DNA from: Candidatus Saccharimonadia bacterium
GTDB lineage: Bacteria > Patescibacteriota > Saccharimonadia > Saccharimonadales > JALRHH01
DNA length: 64,000 nt
Direction of reading: 5' to 3'
Assembly (NCBI GenBank): GCA_023253175.1
Contig: JALRHH010000001.1
Location: 108,020 to 172,019 of the forward strand
Of the stretch, positions 55,585 to 64,000 are shown piece after piece. Both the position numbers and the translations under genes were made by a program. Under the pieces are notes generated by a model. It was not told where the DNA came from and did not search any database. It saw nothing but the letters and a program-made list of their open reading frames with translations. Within the stretch, counting starts at the first letter, position 1. Each line of letters starts with the position of its first letter.

Positions 55585-57621
55585 ATGACGATCAATAGTC
55601 CGCTGACTGATATTAAGGGGGTGGGGCCAGAGCTTGCGAAGAAGTTCGCTGTTTTGGGCATCCAAAATGTTGCCCAGCTTATCGACTATTATCCTCGTCG
55701 TTATGACGATTATTCAGTACTAACACCTATTGTTGATATGACGCCTGGTGTAGTAACGACACAGGCTAAGATAACTTCTGTCACCGGACATTATGTGCGC
55801 CGAGGAATGCATATTACCGAGGCGGTTGCTACGGATGCTACGGGTAGCGTGAAGCTTGTATGGTTTAATCAGCCGTACCGCGCCGGCGCAATCAAAAATG
55901 ATCACGAATATTATATTTCAGGGGAACTCGCACTAAAGGCTGGGCGGTTTAGTATCGCGAGTCCTTCACTAGAACTTGTCAGTAGTTTCCCTGTGAACAC
56001 TGCAAGAATTGTGCCTGTATACCGCGAAACCAAGGGCTTTAAGTCGGCTCAAATTCGCAAAGCCCTGACGCAGGTTTTGCCGCTTATCCGGAGCTTGCCT
56101 GAAACACTGCCTGATTGGGTGCTGCAGCGGTTTTCACTTATGTCATACGCTGAATCAATTGAAATGATTCATTTTCCCAAGTCACCGAATCACCTGGAAA
56201 GAGCACGTAAACGATTAGGATTTGAGGAGGTGTTTGGGCTAACGATGGCAGCGCTGCTGAACAAACACGAGCTGTTGGTTGAAAAAGCCGTAAAAATACC
56301 ATTCAACGAAGGCCTTGCCAAGGAATTCGTGTCTCATTTACCGTTTAGTTTGACGGACGACCAGCGTAAGGTGATATGGCAGATCTACTTGGATATGCAG
56401 AAAGCGCAGCCCATGAACCGCCTCGTTGAGGGTGATGTTGGCTCGGGCAAGACAGTTGTGGCCGCCATGGCGGCAGTCATGGCGATAAGGCAAGGATTCC
56501 AGGTTGCACTGATGGCCCCAACAGAGCTACTTGCTCGCCAGCATGCCGAAACGCTTGTTGAGCTCCTGCGGCCTCTTGGCTACGCGGAGGAGGTTGTGCT
56601 GCTGGTTGGTGGACTATCGGCGCCTCAAAAGAAAGTAGCTCAAGAAAAAATCAGGAATGGGGAGGCGCAGCTACTGGTCGGGACTCATGCACTCATTCAG
56701 GACAAGGTAGACATGCATAGCCTTGGCCTTGTGATTGTTGACGAGCAACATCGATTTGGGGTGGAACAGCGTAAGGCGCTTCAGGCCAAAGCTGGCCATG
56801 CGCTCCATGTACTTAATATGACTGCGACGCCGATTCCGCGAAGTCTGGCGTTGACGCTGTATGGCGAACTGGATATCTCGGTTATTGCCAGTAAGCCGGC
56901 TGGTCGGAAGCCAATCAAGACAAAGATTGCTTCACCAAACTCTAGGGCTCAGCTGTATGAAAAGATTGAATCAGAGCTAGTTGCCGGTAGGCAGATGTTC
57001 GTAGTCTGTCCGCTCGTGTCAGATTCTGATAATCTGCCTGCTAAATCAGCAGAACAAATGTTTGAGGAATTGAGTAAGGGCGTATTCAAGCACCGTCGAA
57101 TCGGGCTGCTACATGGCAAGATGAAGGCAGATGCAAAGGACGCGGTCATGCAGCAGTTTGCTAACCATGAACTCGATATTTTAGTGGCAACCACGGTGAT
57201 TGAGGTTGGCGTTAATGTTCCAAATGCGACGGTGATGTTGGTCGAAAATGCAGAACGTTTTGGCTTGGCGCAAATTCATCAGCTCCGGGGTCGTGTAGGT
57301 CGAAGCGACCATCAAGGATACTGTTACCTCATGATGGGGGATAGTAGTAGTCCGAGTAAGCGGCTGCGAGCGCTTGAAACAAGTAGTGACGGCTTCCGTT
57401 TGGCGGAGCTTGACCTAGAACTCCGTGGCCCTGGTGCGATTTATGGCAGTATGCAGCATGGTCAGCTTGATCTACGCATCGCGAAGCTCAGTGATACCAA
57501 ACTTATCGCGGATGCCCGCGCAGCAGCAGCTGATTTTATTGAGCGGGGCAGCGATTTGCTACAATATGAGCAGCTTCATGACCGTGTGCAAAAGCTGCGG
57601 GCGGTCACAAATCTAAATTAG
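55585..57621 (+). CDS. recG: ATP-dependent DNA helicase RecG
   Basis: Wedge-domain N-terminus, Walker A GDVGSGKT, VDEQH box, QLRGRVGR motif. Confidence 0.93.
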   Translation: MTINSPLTDIKGVGPELAKKFAVLGIQNVAQLIDYYPRRYDDYSVLTPIVDMTPGVVTTQAKITSVTGHYVRRGMHITEAVATDATGSVKLVWFNQPYRAGAIKNDHEYYISGELALKAGRFSIASPSLELVSSFPVNTARIVPVYRETKGFKSAQIRKALTQVLPLIRSLPETLPDWVLQRFSLMSYAESIEMIHFPKSPNHLERARKRLGFEEVFGLTMAALLNKHELLVEKAVKIPFNEGLAKEFVSHLPFSLTDDQRKVIWQIYLDMQKAQPMNRLVEGDVGSGKTVVAAMAAVMAIRQGFQVALMAPTELLARQHAETLVELLRPLGYAEEVVLLVGGLSAPQKKVAQEKIRNGEAQLLVGTHALIQDKVDMHSLGLVIVDEQHRFGVEQRKALQAKAGHALHVLNMTATPIPRSLALTLYGELDISVIASKPAGRKPIKTKIASPNSRAQLYEKIESELVAGRQMFVVCPLVSDSDNLPAKSAEQMFEELSKGVFKHRRIGLLHGKMKADAKDAVMQQFANHELDILVATTVIEVGVNVPNATVMLVENAERFGLAQIHQLRGRVGRSDHQGYCYLMMGDSSSPSKRLRALETSSDGFRLAELDLELRGPGAIYGSMQHGQLDLRIAKLSDTKLIADARAAAADFIERGSDLLQYEQLHDRVQKLRAVTNLN

Positions 57622-57633
57622 ATGAAGGTGTAA

Positions 57634-58452
57634 ATGTACAGCGGGACAACGCTCACAAAATATTCAGGACGAGTACTCGGCGCCCATCAGAAGGTTGACC
57701 GGGTCGCACGAAAGCATCTCGGCATTATGCTGCCTAAAAACACCGCCTTTCCAAAGGTTCGTCAGATTCTACACTTTGAAGGTAAGAATGGTCCAGATGG
57801 TATTAAGCGTAAGAGCCCAGCAAAGGATGAGCCGTGGCACTATTTCAATCCATTCAAGGCAGATGATACCGAGCTACTTGATTTGATCACGGATCATTAC
57901 GACCGATTGGTGATTGAACTTAAGGCGGGCAATACAGAGCGTGCAGCGTTTGAATCTGCGTGGCTCGCGCATGCGCTTGTTGATGGGATGACGCCAGCGC
58001 ACCATTTTCCCTACGAGGAAGAAGTCGACAAACTCCGTAAGGGTGCCGGTAATGAGACGCGTACCACCATTAAAGAAAAATTGGTGATGCACGGTGATAC
58101 AAAGACTGAACTTATCGTGAATAACTGGCGAATGTGGGGCACCAAAGGTCTTATGACAACCCACGGGAGCTTTGAATGGGGCTTTTCTGCCTTAATTGCG
58201 CCAATGAGTTTCATGGATGCTCTACCGACTGATGCCGATATTGCCCGGATCCGCGAACTGGGGCTAAGCGATTACTTTGTACAGGTCGCCCGGGAGATAG
58301 CAGTGCTCAATCTATTTGATGACTACTATGAATCGGGATGGAATTTACGGCTTGCATACAGAGTTAGGTACAAGCTTGCGCCCGTTTTAGTGAAGACTAT
58401 TACGCTGGCGTGGTATAGTGCAGCTATTGATGCAGGGCTGGCGGATTCATGA
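57634..58452 (+). CDS. hypothetical protein, possible zinc-dependent phospholipase C / S1-P1 nuclease-like fold
   Basis: AWLAHALVDGMTPAHH resembles the H-x3-D-x3-P-x-H metal-site helix of that superfamily. This is a weak assignment made by eye. Confidence 0.5.
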   Translation: MYSGTTLTKYSGRVLGAHQKVDRVARKHLGIMLPKNTAFPKVRQILHFEGKNGPDGIKRKSPAKDEPWHYFNPFKADDTELLDLITDHYDRLVIELKAGNTERAAFESAWLAHALVDGMTPAHHFPYEEEVDKLRKGAGNETRTTIKEKLVMHGDTKTELIVNNWRMWGTKGLMTTHGSFEWGFSALIAPMSFMDALPTDADIARIRELGLSDYFVQVAREIAVLNLFDDYYESGWNLRLAYRVRYKLAPVLVKTITLAWYSAAIDAGLADS

Positions 58453-58979
58453 GAGTAATTAGTGGTAGATTGGGCGGCGTGACATTTGAATCGCCCCGTG
58501 GGCACCGGACGCACCCAATGGGTGATAAGATCCGCGGCGCATTATTTAATATGCTTGGAGATATCGAAGGATTTTCGGTAGTTGATCTGTTTTCTGGCAG
58601 CGGTGCAATTGCAATTGAGGCCATAAGCCGCGGGGCAGCAATGGTGACGGCCGTAGAGGCGGACAAAGTCGCGTACGCCACAATCAAACGGAACATCGAA
58701 GCTTTAACACTCGATGAGCAGATTACAGTCCACAAGATGTACGTGCATAGTTGGCTTAACCGTACGAATGATCAGTTTGATATTGTCATCGCGGATCCGC
58801 CGTATGATGATTTGGTTTATAAGACGCTCGATAAGTTACCTGAAGTCGTAAAGCCAGGCGGTATTTTGGTTTATTCACTGCCACCAACTGCTCGTCTTGT
58901 ATTGCCTGACATTATGGAAAAAATATCTGAAAAATCCTACGGCGACGCAACACTAGTAATTTATCAAAAAATTTCGTAA
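58449..58979 (+). CDS. rsmD: 16S rRNA (guanine966-N2)-methyltransferase RsmD-like
   Basis: DLFSGSGAIAIEAISRG SAM motif and a DPPY catalytic motif. 4-nt overlap with the upstream gene. Confidence 0.85.
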   Translation: MRVISGRLGGVTFESPRGHRTHPMGDKIRGALFNMLGDIEGFSVVDLFSGSGAIAIEAISRGAAMVTAVEADKVAYATIKRNIEALTLDEQITVHKMYVHSWLNRTNDQFDIVIADPPYDDLVYKTLDKLPEVVKPGGILVYSLPPTARLVLPDIMEKISEKSYGDATLVIYQKIS

Positions 58980-59000
58980 AATAGCTGAGTTACATTCCAT

Positions 59001-59085
59001 GCGCGAGTGGTGGAATTGGTAGACACGTCAGTTTTAGGAGCTGATGCCGCAAGGTGTGAAGGTTCAAGTCCTTTCTCGCGCACCA
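59001..59085 (+). tRNA. tRNA-Leu (anticodon UAG), class II with long variable arm, CCA encoded
   Basis: Hand-folded. Acceptor GCGCGAG/CTCGCGC. Anticodon stem TCAGT/GCTGA with loop TT-TAG-GA. Long variable arm. T arm GAAGG-TTCAAGT-CCTTT. Discriminator A plus CCA at 59083-59085. Confidence 0.9.
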
Positions 59086-59089
59086 AAAC

Positions 59090-59120
59090 AAAAAGGTCCG
59101 GTATTGGACCTTTTTGTTTT
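59090..59120 (+). terminator. intrinsic terminator after tRNA-Leu
   Basis: AAAAAGGTCC-ggtatt-GGACCTTTTT followed by GTTTT. Confidence 0.75.
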
Positions 59121-59130
59121 CTTAAGGAAA

Positions 59131-59790
59131 ATGTATATGATTACTGACAAACCTTATCCGCTAGAGCGCCGGCTCTTTGGCTATGTGATATCACAGGATC
59201 CTGTGAGTCTTGGGGTTGAATATGCGCAAGTTTCCCCGAATCACTTGGGACTCCGTGCTGGCGAGATGCTTACTGCTGAAGCTGATCCTAGTGGTGAAAT
59301 TTTTGGCGAAAGTCAATCGAGTTTGCTCCATGCCGGAATCCAAGATACGTATACTTTTTATGACTCTATATTGAACAGCCGAATCCACAGGGAGCAGCGT
59401 GAGGCAATTGCTTCGCATCCAATTACGCGCAAGAATTTGATTGGGGCGGCGATGCATAACTACATAAGTATTGATGCTAGGCTTGGCCGGTCACTGCATG
59501 TTGATAATGCATATGTTTTATCAGAGGGCGAGGACTTTATCCGAATCTCTCGCCCAAATACAAACTTGCCCGGAGAAGGTTGTCCGTTTGTGGGCAATAA
59601 CACACATCGTCAGGTTGATCCGTTGTTTGAGCGTTTTGGCCGTTGGGCAACGAAATTTGTGTTTAGTCATTACGAGGCATCTCGTCTGATTGACGAGTCA
59701 ACAACTGCCGGCGCTTGGCGTATGTGGCCCAGGCGAAGCCTTGTACCTCTTCGGGCAAGCTTCCAAGCGCCTCGTTATACCGCCTGCTAA
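59131..59790 (+). CDS. hypothetical protein
   Basis: 219 aa from the ATG at 59131 (SD AAGGA). The track ORF start at 59044 lies inside the tRNA and was rejected. No motif recognised. Confidence 0.45.
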   Translation: MYMITDKPYPLERRLFGYVISQDPVSLGVEYAQVSPNHLGLRAGEMLTAEADPSGEIFGESQSSLLHAGIQDTYTFYDSILNSRIHREQREAIASHPITRKNLIGAAMHNYISIDARLGRSLHVDNAYVLSEGEDFIRISRPNTNLPGEGCPFVGNNTHRQVDPLFERFGRWATKFVFSHYEASRLIDESTTAGAWRMWPRRSLVPLRASFQAPRYTAC

Positions 59791-59950
59791 CTTCTCCATG
59801 CAGCCGATCGCTTTCTTCTGGACTTAGGCTGTGATCTGCTTCGATTGCCTGGAATGCTTCTTCTGTTTCTTCATTGAGTCGGAGAGCCTCTGACACATGT
59901 TTTGAGATATCAGGTTGACCTGGTTCTGGGCTGTAGCTATCTTGTTCCAT
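59663..59950 (-). CDS. hypothetical acidic helical protein
   Basis: 95 aa from Met at 59950. The upstream part of the track ORF overlaps the SPFH gene start. The 3' end overlaps the convergent ORF by 128 nt, so one of the two may not be coding. Confidence 0.3.
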   Translation of the reverse strand: MEQDSYSPEPGQPDISKHVSEALRLNEETEEAFQAIEADHSLSPEESDRLHGEVSRRYNEALGSLPEEVQGFAWATYAKRRQLLTRQSDEMPRND

Positions 59951-60056
59951 AAGCCATTTATTATAGTACAGTTGTTTAGATTTACTGTGAGGAAATCCAT
60001 ACAAAATATTGAATGGTTTTGCTATATACTGGTAACTAAATATAAGGAGGTGTGTT

Positions 60057-60974
60057 TTGGGATTATTTGTATTTATTGCAATCATCGTCGTGATTGCGCT
60101 TTTGGCGGATGGATTCTTTATCGTTCGGCAGCAAACTTCTGCAGTTGTTGAACGTTTTGGTAAGTTCAAGCGTATTGCTAACTCTGGTCTTAATCTTAAG
60201 ATTCCACTTGTTGATCGTATCGCGGGCCGTCTAAGTCTCCGTATCCAGCAATTGGATGTACGTGTAGAGACCAAGACAAAGGATAATGTATTCGTATTCG
60301 TCGTAGTGAGCGTGCAGTACTACGTACTTCCAACTAAGTCAGTCGACGCATTTTACCGACTCCAAAACGCCCAGGCACAGATTACGTCATTCGTATTTGA
60401 TACGGTTCGTGCCCGCGTGCCATCAATCATTCTTGATGATTTGTTTGAGAAAAAGGACGAGATTGCTTTGGCGGTTAAGACAGAGCTTGACCAGGTCATG
60501 GATGATTTTGGATACGGCATTGTAAAGGCGCTAGTGACTGATATTGATCCAGATGCCAAGGTAAAGGTCAGTATGAACGAAATTAACGCTGCCCAGCGTC
60601 TCCGTGAAGCAGCAGTTCAGCAAGCAGAAGCTGACAAGATCCGTGTCGTGAAGGCGGCTGAGGCAGAGGCCGAAAGTAAGGCGCTGCAGGGTCAGGGTAT
60701 CGCTAATCAGCGTAAGGCGATCATCGAGGGACTGAAAGAGTCAGTTGAAAGCTTTAACAGCCAGATTCAAGGTACTAAGGCAGAAGACGTTATGAACCTA
60801 GTCCTAATGACGCAGTACTTCGATACCATCAAGGACATTGGTTTGTCTGGCAAGGGCAACACTATTCTGATTCCTCACTCTCCTGGTGGAATGCAAGATA
60901 TCAGCAGTGAACTTCGTAATGCAATCATTACCGCAAACGAAGTTTCTACGAGCAGTAAGTCGCACAAAGTATAG
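60057..60974 (+). CDS. SPFH/Band-7 (stomatin/prohibitin-like) domain protein
   Basis: N-terminal TM helix, SPFH core, and an Ala/Glu-rich coiled coil (EAAVQQAEADKIRVVKAAEAEAESKAL). TTG start 6 nt after SD AAGGAGG. Confidence 0.85.
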   Translation: MGLFVFIAIIVVIALLADGFFIVRQQTSAVVERFGKFKRIANSGLNLKIPLVDRIAGRLSLRIQQLDVRVETKTKDNVFVFVVVSVQYYVLPTKSVDAFYRLQNAQAQITSFVFDTVRARVPSIILDDLFEKKDEIALAVKTELDQVMDDFGYGIVKALVTDIDPDAKVKVSMNEINAAQRLREAAVQQAEADKIRVVKAAEAEAESKALQGQGIANQRKAIIEGLKESVESFNSQIQGTKAEDVMNLVLMTQYFDTIKDIGLSGKGNTILIPHSPGGMQDISSELRNAIITANEVSTSSKSHKV

Positions 60975-60995
60975 CTAGCACTAATACTTGCAGTG

Positions 60996-61027
60996 AAAAC
61001 ACCAGGTTATCCTGGTGTTTTTCTTTT
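60996..61027 (+). terminator. intrinsic terminator after the SPFH gene
   Basis: AAAACACCAGG-ttat-CCTGGTGTTTT, then TCTTTT. Confidence 0.75.
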
Positions 61028-61070
61028 GTGTAATCGTGACTAATATATATAAATATGTTATAATATATTT

Positions 61071-61619
61071 ATGTACCAAGCATCGCCTGAGGCGTATAAG
61101 TTGCGAGAAATAATTGAAGAATCCAAAGAACCAGTTTTGGTTATGGGGATTGGTGTTCATGGCAGCGGAAAATCAACAATTTTAGAGCAGGCGGCCTGGC
61201 TTGGTGGGCCAAATCAGTCTGCAATAAATGTCGAAGCGATCAGGGAGCGATTTGTAAGATTTAGAGTTGGAAGTCATCTGGCGGAGTATGTTGACCGCGA
61301 GGTACGGAGGCGAGTACAGAACGATCTTATCTCCCATGGGGTGGCGCTTATTGACTCTGCGAACATCGAGGGTCTTAGGCGTACAGTTGATGTGGCGCGA
61401 TACCGCAAGATCGGCGCTGCTACGATCGGTGCAATAGTCATGGATGCCCCGCATGATGCTGCCAGACAAATGAGCGGCAAACAGGTAACTTCCCTCGAAA
61501 CTGAGCACTTCTGGCAGATGCAGGATAGTTTACAGGAGCAACTTCCGAGTCACGGGGAAGGTTTTGATTGGATCATGACCGTGAAGCCAGGAGAGCCAAT
61601 AACTGTTTCTCGTGTATAA
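61071..61619 (+). CDS. P-loop kinase-like protein (AAA_33/zeta-like fold)
   Basis: Walker A GVHGSGKST near the N-terminus. 182 aa. Substrate unknown. Confidence 0.6.
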   Translation: MYQASPEAYKLREIIEESKEPVLVMGIGVHGSGKSTILEQAAWLGGPNQSAINVEAIRERFVRFRVGSHLAEYVDREVRRRVQNDLISHGVALIDSANIEGLRRTVDVARYRKIGAATIGAIVMDAPHDAARQMSGKQVTSLETEHFWQMQDSLQEQLPSHGEGFDWIMTVKPGEPITVSRV

Positions 61620-61630
61620 TATTCGTTAAC

Positions 61631-62938
61631 ATGGCACTTTCAACACAACCATATAAAGGCGCACGGGATTTTTATCCCGAAGAAAAGCGTCTCCAAAAAT
61701 ATATATTTAATAAAATGCGTAGCGTCTGCGAGCAGTACGGGTATCAAGAATACGATGCTCCTATTTTGGAACCAACAGAACTGTACGCATCTAAAACTTC
61801 TGACGAAATTGTTAACGAGCAAACCTATACTTTCACTGATCGCGGTGATCGCAGTGTAACTATTAGAACTGAGATGACTCCAAGTGTGTCTCGTATGGTG
61901 GCGGGCAAGCGCCAAGAGCTTGCATACCCAGTGCGCTGGTACTCAATCCCAAATCTATGGCGATACGAGCGTCCGCAGCGTGGTCGTCTCCGCGAATTTT
62001 GGCAGCTAAACGTCGATGTGTTTGGCTTGTCCGGGGTTGAGGCAGAGCACGAAATTATTACTGTTGCTGACCAGGTTATGAAATCCTTTGGTGCAAAATC
62101 AGACATGTATAGTATCAAAATCAGTAGCCGCGGACTTGTTAACTACTTCCTTAGTGATGCGCTGGGGCTTGATGAGACGCAGGCCACAACTATGATTAGG
62201 CTAATTGATCGAATGCACAAGATGGACTATGCGGAATTTTCAGCACAGGTTGATGCACTCTTTGGTCCGCACCAGCGTGAACAGAGTGAGCCAGAATTAC
62301 TGCTTAGTTTCCTGAAGGCTGGTTCAGTGAGCGAACTAACGGCTGAATTGAAGGCGCACGAATCGGTTCAAAAGATGCAGCAGCTATTTAATTTGCTCGA
62401 GGCGTCAGGTGTGAAAAATGCCGTCTTTGACCCCACCCTGATGCGCGGCTTTGATTACTATACGGATATCGTGTTTGAAGTGTTTGATACACATCCTGAA
62501 AATAACCGGGCAATGTTTGGTGGGGGCCGATACGATGGCCTGGTCGGTCTTTTTGGCGTTGAGCCGGTTCCGACTGTTGGTTTTGGTATGGGCGACGTAA
62601 CACTTGAAAACTTTTTACAGACGCATGGGCTTATGCCGCAACTACACTCAGCAACTGATGTCTATGTTGTGCTTATTGGTGATGTCTACGAAAAAGCGCA
62701 GAAGCCAATTGCCGAACTCCGTGAAATGGGACTGAATGTGGCTGTTGATGCGAGCGGCCGTAAGGCGGACAAGCAGCTTAAATCAGCGATCAAGAATGAT
62801 GTACATTACGTGCTGTTTATTGGCGAAAAAGAGCTTGAGCAGGAGCAGTATCCAATTAAGAACCTGCATAGCGGCGTCGAAGAGAAGCATGGCCTACAAC
62901 GCATTGTCAGTATTGTGAAGGATTATAGGAAACCATAA
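61631..62938 (+). CDS. hisS: histidine--tRNA ligase
   Basis: Class II motifs (KGARDFYPEE, YERPQRGRLREFWQLNVD, GGGRYDGL) and an anticodon-binding domain. Start trimmed to Met at 61631. Confidence 0.92.
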   Translation: MALSTQPYKGARDFYPEEKRLQKYIFNKMRSVCEQYGYQEYDAPILEPTELYASKTSDEIVNEQTYTFTDRGDRSVTIRTEMTPSVSRMVAGKRQELAYPVRWYSIPNLWRYERPQRGRLREFWQLNVDVFGLSGVEAEHEIITVADQVMKSFGAKSDMYSIKISSRGLVNYFLSDALGLDETQATTMIRLIDRMHKMDYAEFSAQVDALFGPHQREQSEPELLLSFLKAGSVSELTAELKAHESVQKMQQLFNLLEASGVKNAVFDPTLMRGFDYYTDIVFEVFDTHPENNRAMFGGGRYDGLVGLFGVEPVPTVGFGMGDVTLENFLQTHGLMPQLHSATDVYVVLIGDVYEKAQKPIAELREMGLNVAVDASGRKADKQLKSAIKNDVHYVLFIGEKELEQEQYPIKNLHSGVEEKHGLQRIVSIVKDYRKP

Positions 62939-63387
62939 TGACAGCGAGTAATCATGTGGTGGCTGGTGCTGTAATTGCTGCTGCGGTTCCGCAGGCGGCA
63001 ATCGCATTGCCCCTTGCGTTCGTATCTCATTTTATTATGGATGCCTTGCCGCATTATGGCGACAACGACAAACACTCTTGGCTTAATCGTCATTTCAAGT
63101 ATGTGCTTGGCATAGACCTACTGTTGACGGTAATTTTCATTGGCGGATTACTTGCGTTTCAGCCAGCTAACTGGGTTATTTTGGCGCTTGGTGGGCTTGT
63201 GGCGGTGAGTCCTGACATTTTGTGGCTACCGTATTTCTTGGCGGACCTGAAGCACCAACAGAAAGAGCACTCAAAGCTTGCTAAGTTCCTTAAATGGATT
63301 CAATGGGGCGAGCGCCCCTGGGGTATTTACATAGAGGCTGCTGTTTTAATTGGTCTTTTTGCTCTTTTGCTGCATCTTGTACGCTAA
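62938..63387 (+). CDS. hypothetical integral membrane protein
   Basis: 149 aa with about 4 TM helices and an HFIMDALPHYGD motif. Start overlaps the hisS stop by 1 nt. Confidence 0.55.
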   Translation: MTASNHVVAGAVIAAAVPQAAIALPLAFVSHFIMDALPHYGDNDKHSWLNRHFKYVLGIDLLLTVIFIGGLLAFQPANWVILALGGLVAVSPDILWLPYFLADLKHQQKEHSKLAKFLKWIQWGERPWGIYIEAAVLIGLFALLLHLVR

Positions 63388-63428
63388 TCTGTGGAAAAGT
63401 TGATCTATCTCTGGTAGACTACATACCT

Positions 63429-64000
63429 ATGCAGATTAAACGAACTAATTCATCCGAAACAGAAACTAAACTAACGATTGTTGCGAGTGAACAAGAGCTT
63501 GCCAACCTAAAACAGCACGTACTTGGCCACTTCCGCAGCAAAGTAAAGATTGCTGGCTTCCGCGAAGGTAAGGCGCCCCTCGAACTTATAGAAAAAAATG
63601 TTGACCCAAGCCTTCTCCAGGCAGATTTCCTGGAAGACGCGGTTAACCAACTATATTCTCAGGCAGTCCAAGAAGAAAAGCTTCGTCCGATCGCAAATCC
63701 TGAAATTAACATCACCAAATTTGTACCGTTTACGACGTTGGAATTTGATGCGACTATCACGACCATGGGTGAGGTAACACTTCCTGATTACAAGAAAATC
63801 AAGAAGGAAAAGCCACCCGTAACGGTCACGGCTGATGATGTTAAAGATGTGCTTGATAATCTTGCAAATCGTGCGGCAGAGAAAAAGGATGTGGACCGTC
63901 CAGCCAAACTAACTGATCAAGTTTGGATTGATTTCCTTGGTAAGGACGCTAAGGGCAAACCAGTTGATGGCGCCGAAGGCAAGGACTACCCGCTCGTACT
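63429..64000 (+). CDS. tig: trigger factor, N-terminal part (3' end outside window)
   Basis: Not in the ORF track because there is no stop in the window. My translation gives MQIKRTNSSETETKLTIVAS...GFREGKAP, the ribosome-binding GFRxGxxP signature. Confidence 0.85.
   Translation, partial: MQIKRTNSSETETKLTIVASEQELANLKQHVLGHFRSKVKIAGFREGKAPLELIEKNVDPSLLQADFLEDAVNQLYSQAVQEEKLRPIANPEINITKFVPFTTLEFDATITTMGEVTLPDYKKIKKEKPPVTVTADDVKDVLDNLANRAAEKKDVDRPAKLTDQVWIDFLGKDAKGKPVDGAEGKDYPLV

Noticed and set aside
59044-59130. N-terminal extension of the ORF 59044..59790
   Set aside because: It overlaps the 3' half of tRNA-Leu and its terminator. An ATG at 59131 with SD AAGGA is a far better start.
61568-61630. 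5' extension of hisS overlapping the kinase gene
   Set aside because: HisRS homology begins at MALSTQPYKGARDF (61631). The extension overlaps the upstream CDS.
1-64000. CRISPR arrays, rRNA, tmRNA/RNase P/SRP RNAs, transposases, integrases, reverse transcriptase/DGR, prophage genes
   Set aside because: I saw no repeat-spacer periodicity. Intergenic regions are all 170 nt or shorter, and none folds into these RNAs by eye. No ORF carries DDE, tyrosine/serine recombinase or RT motifs. A computational scan (Infernal/Rfam, minced) would be needed for certainty.

Overview
Gene-dense window with about 66 CDS and one tRNA. Most genes are on the + strand and most are housekeeping. I saw no rRNA, CRISPR array, transposase, integrase or phage genes. 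All product calls come from reading motifs in the supplied translations; no searches were run.

Gene content suggests a reduced-genome CPR/Patescibacteria bacterium, possibly Saccharibacteria (TM7)-like. The supporting features are a split transketolase, GatCAB, a lone PilB-type ATPase, a PBP1 with an Arg-rich tail, many small membrane-anchored orphan proteins, and almost no biosynthesis genes. GC is about 45-50% by eye. This taxonomic placement is inference only.

Gene order along the window:
- pheT (3' part), an RND transporter, a NUDIX gene and two tandem FKBP genes
- an NrdH-like / TrxB / MarR redox module
- ppa, then a tightly coupled gap-rpiB-rpe-tktN-tktC-fba block, then a pfkB-family kinase with two unknown genes
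- uvrB
- gatC-gatA-(unknown membrane protein)-gatB
- dnaE, a pilB-like gene, a malic enzyme gene, rplS-rnhB-yraN, pepN and nusA
- three small orphan ORFs, then clpC, a HEXXH orphan, an ABC exporter, radA and a PIN/TRAM gene
- PBP1, tyrS, a methyltransferase and a second NUDIX gene
- a GC-rich cassette bounded by inverted repeats
- recG, rsmD and tRNA-Leu(UAG)
- orphan genes, an SPFH gene, a P-loop kinase, hisS and tig (5' part)

Most interesting observations:
1. A 549-bp cassette at 54967-55515 is bounded by a 16-bp inverted repeat (15 of 16 positions match). It carries a roughly 58% GC orphan ORF, with a strong hairpin just inside each end.
2. A perfect CIRCE (HrcA) operator sits in front of clpC. 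It is preceded by two tandem paralogous 6-Cys mini-proteins.
3. An unknown membrane protein is translationally coupled inside gatCAB.
4. A recurrent promoter layout places an extended -10 box 6-10 nt upstream of the ATG, which looks like leaderless transcription.
5. TyrRS has its HIGH signature replaced by TIGN.
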